Position numbers and translations under genes: made by a program. DNA of 64,000 nt from sequence record PV340856.1; one strand, given 5' to 3'. Positions 1 to 9,500 of this stretch are shown here, piece after piece. The notes under the pieces are model-generated. The model saw nothing but the letters and a program-made list of their open reading frames with translations, was not told the DNA's origin and did no database searches. Position 1 is the first letter of the stretch. Each line of letters begins with the position of its first letter.

Positions 1-1
1 T

Positions 2-2512
2 TTAGTTGTGAGGGGTAATGATACTGTTGATTTGCAAGCGAGGTTAAATGGAAGCTCTATTGATAAGGTATTTGTTCTTCAGAATGCTTTTGAATTTGAT
101 GAACCGCTAAGTATTATTCCAGTACAAAACTCTAATGGATTTGATATTGATCAAATTACTCACAATGGAGACACTGTAACTCTTGAACTTCTTTTGGATG
201 CTCAGTTCAATATTCCAGTCAGAACTGGATATGGATCAACTGATATTGAATTCCCATTTGAAGTTGGAGACTCTATTTTTATTGAGGGATGTAGATTGAC
301 ACCCGAATCTTTTGATGCTGGTGACATTAACTTCAACTCAGAAAGATTTGATTATAGATTCTTTACTGTTACTGGAGTTGATACTAATAATTTTACTCTC
401 ACATATAGTCTTGCTGGAATTAACACGGGAAGATTGGGTGCTTATGATGATGATTTTGGACTTGGATATGTTGTTAATTATAAGGACATGGCTAAGTTCC
501 GAATGAATCTTGTTAACGATGCAAAGTTCTTATCGGAAGAAAGAATTACTTCTAACACATTTGAAGGATTTGTATCTCCTAATGGTTGGAATAGTAGATT
601 GAATCAACTTAGACTCTCTAATTCTTCTGGCAATTTATCTGTTGGTGATATCATTTATGGAGAACAATCTACTATTTTGGGTAGAGTAGAAGCTGTTAAC
701 AAATTTAATGTAAGAACTACATTAGGAGTTAGTAGAGAAAAAGTTGCTAAAAATGATAATAGTTCTGGAATTCTAAATGATTTTAGTCAAAGAATTTCTG
801 ACAACGCATATTATCAGAAATTCTCATATTCTATTAAAGGTAGAGTTCCATATAATACTTGGAGAGAATCTGTAAGATCTATTGTTCATCCATCGGGATT
901 TCAAGAATTTTGTGATCTTGAGGTTATAAGCACGCCGACTGATAATGTTGGAAGTGCTAGATCTACAACAATGAAAGTGAAACCCGATTCTACTTCAGTT
1001 GAATTGCTTGTAAATATTGATAATGATATTTACTTGCAGGAGAGACAAAATTTTGCTCTTGTAACCGAAGATGATCAAGCTAGGGATGGAAGTATTCAAC
1101 GTATTTTCTTTCCAGAAGGCAGACCAATTAAAAGTTATATTTTAAATAAGACCAATAAAGTTTTGTTGATAGATGATATTTCTGATGGATTTAATGGTGA
1201 TCATGATAGAACAGGAACATTGGTAGGAAATACTGGATTCAAACTTAAAAGTAATGGTAAACCATTATTCAAAGCAGTATTTGATGCTTCTGATAGTAAA
1301 GTCGTTGATATTACAGATAACATTATTAATATACAAAATCACAATTTCCAAACTGGTCAAGAACTATTTTATGATCGCCAAGGTGGAGGTGAAATTGGAA
1401 TTGCAACAACATCTCATGCTTCGGGAGTCCGAGATATTGTGATGAATGTTGAATCTGCATTGGCTGGTTCTGGAGCAATGTTTGAGAATGGTTATAATAT
1501 AGAAATTCCAGAAGGTGGTGTTACTGGTGTTGGTACTATAGTCAATCCCATTGTCACATTTGTTGTATATGGATTTGGAAGTCCTGATGGTGGACTTCCT
1601 GGTATTTCGACCAGAGGAACTGGTGCTAGATTCCAAGTCAAATTCACTTATGAACAAAGCACAGGTCAACCTATTTCTACAAATGTTATTCTTACTAAAG
1701 GTGGAACTGGATACTATGTTGGTGACAATGTAAGTATTGCTGGTACACATCTTGGCGGAACAACTCCTGCAAACGATCTTACATTCCCTGTAACACGTAT
1801 TACTGGTACTAGAACTGGTATTACCACTACTTACCTAGACGTACCATCTACTAGTGATTTGAGCGGTACTGGGGCACGTTTTAACGTTACCCGCGATTCC
1901 AACTTGGATGTCGAAAGTATTGTCGTTGTTAGTGGTGGTAGTGGTTATGTAAGCACCGAAACTATTTCCATTGCTGGAACTTATATCGGAGGCAGTGGAT
2001 CCCTTGACGATCTTCTTTGCACACCAGTTGAACTGGGAACTACTACTATTCCTGAAATTGTTTTCTGTCAGAAAATTGATGATGTTAAGTTTAAGATTAG
2101 TGGATTGTCTACTTCTTTGCCTCTTAATTTTACTGGACTTGGTACGGGAACTCACAAGTTCAGAATTTCAGATCCTACTTCAGATGCATTAATTTTAATT
2201 GATAATATTATTCAGAGCCCTATTAGAAATAAAAAACTTGAAGTTGGCATTGGATCTCCTATTGGAATCTTTGACCAGAGTATTGTTGTCAGTTCTGGAA
2301 TTGGTTCACTCGCTTCTGGTGATATTATTAAATCTGGTGATGAGTTCATGAAGGTTAAACAGATTGGCGACAGTGTTTTTGTTCAGGGTAGAAGAGCTGA
2401 AATTGAAAATACTGTGGATAATAATTTTTATTATGATGTAAATAGAATGAATTCTACTATTACTAGTACTGATGAAACTGTCGTAACTCACGATGATAAC
2501 CCTCCATATTAA
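2..2512 (+). CDS. gp7: Baseplate wedge initiator gp7-like protein, C-terminal part (5' end outside window)
   Basis: Frame is open from base 2 (TTA GTT GTG...), so the track start at 8 is not the true start. Contains YYQKFSYSIKGRVPYNTWRESVRSIVHPSGFQEF, matching the YQxFSY..W...V..HPAGF signature of T4-like gp7; lies upstream of gp8. Confidence 0.65.
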   Translation, partial: LVVRGNDTVDLQARLNGSSIDKVFVLQNAFEFDEPLSIIPVQNSNGFDIDQITHNGDTVTLELLLDAQFNIPVRTGYGSTDIEFPFEVGDSIFIEGCRLTPESFDAGDINFNSERFDYRFFTVTGVDTNNFTLTYSLAGINTGRLGAYDDDFGLGYVVNYKDMAKFRMNLVNDAKFLSEERITSNTFEGFVSPNGWNSRLNQLRLSNSSGNLSVGDIIYGEQSTILGRVEAVNKFNVRTTLGVSREKVAKNDNSSGILNDFSQRISDNAYYQKFSYSIKGRVPYNTWRESVRSIVHPSGFQEFCDLEVISTPTDNVGSARSTTMKVKPDSTSVELLVNIDNDIYLQERQNFALVTEDDQARDGSIQRIFFPEGRPIKSYILNKTNKVLLIDDISDGFNGDHDRTGTLVGNTGFKLKSNGKPLFKAVFDASDSKVVDITDNIINIQNHNFQTGQELFYDRQGGGEIGIATTSHASGVRDIVMNVESALAGSGAMFENGYNIEIPEGGVTGVGTIVNPIVTFVVYGFGSPDGGLPGISTRGTGARFQVKFTYEQSTGQPISTNVILTKGGTGYYVGDNVSIAGTHLGGTTPANDLTFPVTRITGTRTGITTTYLDVPSTSDLSGTGARFNVTRDSNLDVESIVVVSGGSGYVSTETISIAGTYIGGSGSLDDLLCTPVELGTTTIPEIVFCQKIDDVKFKISGLSTSLPLNFTGLGTGTHKFRISDPTSDALILIDNIIQSPIRNKKLEVGIGSPIGIFDQSIVVSSGIGSLASGDIIKSGDEFMKVKQIGDSVFVQGRRAEIENTVDNNFYYDVNRMNSTITSTDETVVTHDDNPPY

Positions 2513-2513
2513 C

Positions 2514-2521
2514 TATAAATA
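2514..2521 (+). promoter_or_regulatory. T4-type late promoter TATAAATA
   Basis: Exact T4 late consensus, 21 bp upstream of the ATG at 2542. Confidence 0.75.
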
Positions 2522-2541
2522 ACAGAAAAAGTATTTGATCA

Positions 2542-3567
2542 ATGGCAAAACAAGGCATTAATACTGGTACTGCCCCTAATGATGGCACTGGAGATACCCT
2601 CTTGGCGGGAACTCTAAAGATCAACGCAAACTTTGATGAAGTTTACGATGTTTTTGGTGATGGGGATAATCTTATCAGTTTTGTTTCTTTTGCTACTACT
2701 GCTGGGTATTCTACCAATGCTGGTATTGCATCTACGTCTACCTATGCTCAGACTGCAAGATATGTAACGTCAGATATTGATATCAACACATCTGGTGTTG
2801 TTACTACATCATATGCCGATATCGGTAAGATTACTATTCAACAACCAGGAGCTATTACAGACGGTCCTATTGAGGTTGGATTTGCAGCCACCATGTTTAG
2901 GATTAAAGCCGACGGCATGGTTGGAATTGGAACTTCTCTTCCAACATCCCAACTCCAAGTTGCATCATTCTCTTCCAGACCTGCATTATGGACTATTGCA
3001 AAAGATCAAGGACCCTCTTTTAGAGCTTCTGACGAAGATATTACTCCAGATAAGACTTTTATTGTCACAAAAGACGCCAATATTGGCATTGGTACAAATG
3101 TTCCTGCTGCCAACCAAAGACTTGATGTTAGGGGCAATGTGACTACTCAAGGCATTGTTACTCTTGATGGCACTGTTGACTTCAATAGTGATATTACTGA
3201 AACGGTAGTTAATGACTTTAATGATAATATAACCGTATCTGCTGCAGGAACACTTACCGTTGATTTGTCTCAGGGAACTGTGGTTCTTGGTGGAATTACT
3301 ACTTCTATCAATACTTGGAATTTCACTAATGTTACTGCATTAAATAGTAAGGCAACTACGGCAACTCTTGTTATTAATGCTGGCGTTGGATACACTTACG
3401 GTGATGCTGTAAATGTAAATGGTGGACCTATCGCTGGTGGTGTTAGATGGGTTGGTGGAAATCCGCCACCTGCTTCAGATGGAGAAGACATTTTAACATT
3501 CAGTATCATTAGAGATTCTACGGGTCTAACAAGAGTCTATTGTAGTAGTTCCATTAATATTAGCTGA
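2542..3567 (+). CDS. Baseplate/tail-fibre connector-like structural protein (gp9/gp10-type N-terminus)
   Basis: N-terminus MAKQGINTGTAPNDGTGDTLLAGTLKINANFDEVY matches the gp9/gp10 'PNDGTGD.LR....KIN.NF.E.Y' motif; fibre-like GIGT repeats; C-terminal VRWVGGNPP..DILTF tail-fibre domain. Confidence 0.65.
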   Translation: MAKQGINTGTAPNDGTGDTLLAGTLKINANFDEVYDVFGDGDNLISFVSFATTAGYSTNAGIASTSTYAQTARYVTSDIDINTSGVVTTSYADIGKITIQQPGAITDGPIEVGFAATMFRIKADGMVGIGTSLPTSQLQVASFSSRPALWTIAKDQGPSFRASDEDITPDKTFIVTKDANIGIGTNVPAANQRLDVRGNVTTQGIVTLDGTVDFNSDITETVVNDFNDNITVSAAGTLTVDLSQGTVVLGGITTSINTWNFTNVTALNSKATTATLVINAGVGYTYGDAVNVNGGPIAGGVRWVGGNPPPASDGEDILTFSIIRDSTGLTRVYCSSSINIS

Positions 3568-3575
3568 TACGATAA

Positions 3576-6500
3576 ATGCCAAGAACAACACCTGGATCTG
3601 GAGCTCTTCTAAGACCCGTATTTAACTCTTCATATGGAGTTGAATTAATTGAGGTTATTGATGGAGGAAACGGTTATAGTAAAGCAGATCCCCCCAAAAT
3701 TGTTATTGAAGGCACCGAAACTCCAGTAGTTGAAGGTGTTTTTTATCCAGTAATCACTGGAGTTGGAACTATTAGCGAAGTGATTATTTTTAACACTGGT
3801 GCTGGATATTATCCAGTATTTTCAACAACTACTTCGTCGGAGGTTGTTGTTGAAAGAGCAGCTTTTGGTTCTATTTCTACTACTCATGGTCTTGGGGTAT
3901 CTTCTGTATTTTCTGGGGATTTTAATATTGTTGAAGATGAAATTTTCTTCACCGATGCTCCATATGGAAAAAGAGGTCCAGTTGGATTGGAGACTGGATC
4001 GACATTTAATGGTAGATTATTTTCAAGAAAATTTGATCCATTTGAACCACAAGATAAGAATTTAGTTTTAGATGATATTTCTTTGGAGTTTACTGGAGTT
4101 GCTGGAACAGAATTTGCAGTAACAGAAAATCTTGGTATAGTATCATCTTTGTATAATAGTGTTAATTCTGGTGTAGATATTAATAATAACCCGTTTATTT
4201 TAATTAATAACATTGTCCAAACTCCTAATTTAGATTTTAATTTTTCTGATAACTCAAGTAATAAACTAAATTTTTTGAGTGGGACTCCAAGAGCAGGAAG
4301 AATTAATAAAGTCGCTATTCAAACTGGTAGTGGATATTATGTTCCACTCAGAGCGGCAGCCATTGCAGGTGTAAATTCTTCTGGATCTGTGAGTTTTATT
4401 GAAATGCGTGGTGGAGGACAAGGATATAGGACTCCGCCCAAGGTTGAGATTAGAGGAATTGAAGGAACGGGTGCTGCTGCTACTGCCGTTCTCGGAACAA
4501 AGGTAAATACCCCCGTTGCTATTTCTACTGCTACATTTGATATGTTCAGTGGTATTGGAACATTTACGACATCTTCGCCACATGATTTTTATGACGGGGA
4601 TAGAGTTGTTATTACTGGAGCCGGATTTACATTTACTGCTTTATCTTCGGTAAGAAATATTAGTGAATTTGGATATGACTATATTACTGGTATTGCCACT
4701 CTCAGTGTTTATGGTGGTCACTATATCGGTACTGGGGATAATCAATCTAGACATCTGTTGATTCAAGGTGTTCAGGTAACTGATGGAATTAGTACCTTTA
4801 CTCTTAGAGAAGATTCTTATCCTATTATTTCTGTTGGTAATAGTAGAGAAGCTAAAGTTAATATTGGTATTGGATCTACAGGATTGCAGTATGTCTCTGC
4901 TGGTACAGTTCAGGCTGGTGTTGACACCAATATTCTCGAAGCAAGAAATGTAATTGGTTTTGACGTTCTTGATACTCCAACTGATGATACTTTTGAAGTA
5001 TTTCTTGGAATTACTACTTTCCCACACAATTATGTGAGTGGTGGAGTCGTTCAGAGGGACCAGACGGGTATTGTAACTTCTATCGAAATAACTTCTGGTG
5101 GATCTGGGTATTTTCCACCAGCTAAAGTAGTTTATTCCAATCATACACAAGAATCTGGAATTACAACGTTTACTGCTCATGGGGAACAAGTTGGTGTTCC
5201 AACTTCTGTGGGAAGTGTATATTACAATCCAATTGTTGGTATATTAACAGTTAGAACAAGTTATTTTCATAATCTTACGGACGATAATGTTGTAAAACTG
5301 GAAGGATTGAAAATTGATACTATTAATGGTCAAATAACTTTTCCATCTGGAAAGAGGAAATTTTTTGGAATCACTACGGCTAACAATGTTGACATTGAAA
5401 TTGACGTAAAGGAAGACATGTATGATCTTACTAGAAATGTAGGAGTTTATACAGGACAAGTTCTTAAAGGAACTTTAACAAGATATAAAGGTCATGGATT
5501 GGATACTGATGATTATGTTCTTATTACTGGAGTCGGACAAACCACGAGTAGTTCTGTAGATTTAAGACTTTCTGACGTTGAATATGACAATGCTAGTGGA
5601 TTGGCAACAATTACTACACGAAGAAATCACAATTTCTCCAAAAATGATTTCGTAATTCTCAGTGGAATTGCATTTACATGTGATTATTCTCCGTCAATTG
5701 GCATTACTACTGCTGAATATGATAATATCAGCGGTATTATGACAATTACTACTGCTGCTCCACATGGATATACTGAGGGTGGTAAAGCAGGAACTGTTGT
5801 TTTGAGTGGTCTTGGATTTACTTGTGATATTGATAACGGATCATCTATCCATTATTATCCAAGAGGTAGAGACGAAGCATATCAGAAGTCAATTTCCATC
5901 GCTTCTACAACAAATACTACAATTACTCTTGATGTTGGTAAAACTTCCAAAAAAGATTCCTATCCCCATACCTTTGATTCTGCAACAACTGGATCTGTAG
6001 TTTCTGGCGGTGACTATCCACATACTTTTGTTGGATCTGCATCTAGTGCAATTATTTTTGGTGGTGATTATAATTATAATTTTATAAGTGCAGACCCTCA
6101 AGGAATTACAATTGGTGGTGAATATGACCACAACTTTGTAAGTTCTGGATCTACTGCTCTGTGGAGAGGTGGTGGATATCCACACACTTTTGTCAGTGCT
6201 GGAGCAACTGCTGTTATTACTGGTGGTGATTACACATATACATTTGTTCCAGACAACAATAATTCGGGAGCTGTTGCAAAGTATAGTTGGGCTGGTCCAT
6301 TCCTAACTCCAACTAATGCTTCATACATTCCATCTACGGGTGTATTGACACTCCAATTCAATCAACCTCACTTCCTTACAATCAACGATACTATCGGTAT
6401 CGCAACGGGAGGCCTCACATTTACTTGTGATATGGATGGCAATGCAACTGAGCACAACTATCCCAGATTTAGAGATCCTATCCACGATAGATCAGATATC

Positions 6501-9500
6501 CCAGTTGCCAGTGTTGTCGATGCGACTACGATTACCGTAAATGTTGGAGCAACTCCAATTGTCTATCAACAACCAACTAATGCGGTTTATTACCCAGATC
6601 TTGGCGAGTTGATTGTTACTGTACCAAATCATGGACATGTAAGAGGAGAGACACTTAAACTAACTGAGAATTCTTTCACATTTACTTGTGCTCAGGATAA
6701 TTATCAAACTGAACATACATATCCAAGATCAACTGATCCCGCCGGCGGTGGATATGCTTCTACTACTAATACAGTTGCAATTACAACCCACACCAATGAT
6801 ACATTTACTATTCCTGTCGGGGCTTCTCCATTAGAATATTTTGCAGCCACAGATGCTCAATATAATGCAACAACTGGCATTCTGACAGTTACTTCACCAA
6901 GTCATGGATATGTCAATGGTGATTTTGCTAGATTCACAGACAGTTCTTTAGTATTTACTTGTAGTCTAGACAATTATGCAACAGAACACGCATATCCAAG
7001 ACCTACAGATCCCGCATCTGGAATTGCACTTACAATTAGTAACGTAACTACAAACACCTATGAAGTTAATGTTGGAACATCAACTAACTCATATATTCAA
7101 GCCGTTACTGCAAGTTATTATCCCAAAACAGGTATTTTTGAAGTTGGTACTGGAAATACAGCACATGGATTATCAACTACAACTGGAAATGTATTAATTC
7201 CAGATGGGTCATTCACATTTACTTGTGATATGGACAACAATCAAACACAACATTCATATCCAAGATCAACTGATCCAGCATCCTCTAAAGCTCTCACTAT
7301 TGTTGGATATACAACAAATACTTTCCAAGTTAATGTTGGAACATCTACTCATATCTTTAGACCCGCTACGGAGGCATATTATACTGCTTCTACAGGAATT
7401 CTTACCGTAACATGTCCCAATCATGGCATGAGAGTTGGTAGATCTATTAGATTTACCAACGATACTTTATCATTTACTTGTGGAATGGATGATTATTCTA
7501 CGGTTCATACTTATCCTAGGTCTACCGATCCATATTCTGATACCAGAGTTGCTATTTCTGCAACAACTGTAGATACATTTACAGTTAACGTTGGTCCAAC
7601 TACCAGTTATTTCTGGGATGTTAGTGGCGCCAATTATGTTCCAGATACTGGAATAATTGAGTTAACAGTTGGTGCTGGACATACTTTATATGCAGGTAAG
7701 TCGATAAGAATTCAACCAGAATCTTTGATCTTTACATGTACTAAAGATGGTAACTCTACGACACATAGATATCCAAGAAAAGGAGATCCATATTGGATTT
7801 CTGCTAATATTGAATCGGTATTGAATTCGACCAATGTTAGTGTTAATGTTGGTCCTTCCACAACACCATCATATTATGTCGGTGGTGGAACCATTCAAGG
7901 TTCATTTGTTGCTCCTAGAGAACAAAATAATTCTGATAGTGGAATGGATTTCTCATTCTCTGGTACTTTTGTGGAAAAGGTTGGTGGAGCAACTACATTC
8001 ACTGTTCAGGTAGGTCCTTCTACAACACCACACAACTATAATAGAGGTGGTACTGTTTCTAGAGCACAAAGATTTGCAGATTCCTTAGATGATGGATATG
8101 ATGGTGTATATGTTGGAGAAAAATTATCTGGAGCCACATTTAGAGTCCAAACGGGAGTCGTAACTGAGAAAAATTACTACTCTAGACCTGGATCTGCACA
8201 GAAACCTGTTAGAGTTGAAATTTCAGATCCAAATCCATATTATAATAGAGACCTCATTTATTCGGATGGTTCTTCTGGCATTGGAACAAATGCAGTTGTT
8301 GATTTTCGCATCAACGCTGATGGGGAAATTCAAGAATATAATATTACTGAAGAGGGCGTTGGATTTAAAGTTGATAATGTTCTAACAGTAGCTGGAATTG
8401 TTACTGATCCTAGAGTTGGTGTTCATACTGATTTTGAACTCACTGTATCTGAACTTACTAACGATAAGTTTTCAGGGTTTTATCCTGGCCAGTTTATTGT
8501 GTTTGATGATATCAGTAAATTCTTTAATGGATTTAGAACGAAGTTTACACTTTCAGTTACTACTGGCGGAAATACTGAAATTTTGAGTTTAAAAACACTT
8601 CCTGGAAGTGACATGGACATTAGTAATAATATCTTTATTTACATCAATGATATACTTCAAGTTCCTGGTGAGTCTTACATCTTTAAGGGAAGTAGAATTA
8701 TTTTCTCAGAAGCTCCTAAGTCTGGATCTAAATGTTCTGTATTCTACTTTAGAGGGTCTAAGAGGGATGTTGAGACAATCAATCCACCACTAACCGTCAA
8801 ACCAGGCGATACAGTAACCATTAAAGAAAACAAATTTAATTTGTTTGATATTGATCAATTCCCAAGACAAGCCAAGCGAATTGTAGCTTCTGATATTCTT
8901 GAAACATTCGCATATAAGAGTGTCGGAATAGATACTAATCCACTTGCAGAAAGACCTTTAACGTGGAAAAAACAAAAACGAGATAAGATTCTTTCTGGAT
9001 CTTTAATTTCTAAACAAAGACCAAGCTTGAAGTCTAGAACTACTCCAACAACTAGAATCATTAATAATGTTAGTGAAACCGATAGAGAAATTTATGTAGA
9101 AAATGCCTTCCCAATTTTCTCCGATATTGATTTGGTTACTCAAAGTGAAAGAAATGTTTTAATTTTTGATGACAGGGAAATAAGAACGGCTATTTCAACT
9201 TCTTTTGTAGCAACCTCTTCTAGTATCACTCAGATTAATATTGTTGATGGTGGAGTTGGATATGCAATTACATCTCCAGATGTAACAATTTCAGAATCTA
9301 AGATCGAGAAGAAAGATCCTATTTTTGACTGGAGTTTCAATGATATTATCACTGGATTTGCCCCAGGGCAATATGATTGGAATGAACTTGCTCATGGAGA
9401 TCAAGTGATTGCTGTTGGATCAAGCAGTCGTTATATTAATACCAAAAGTGGACTTTTCTGGGAAAGAGGAGTTGTTGGTTTTGGTGGAACTGTCACAATG

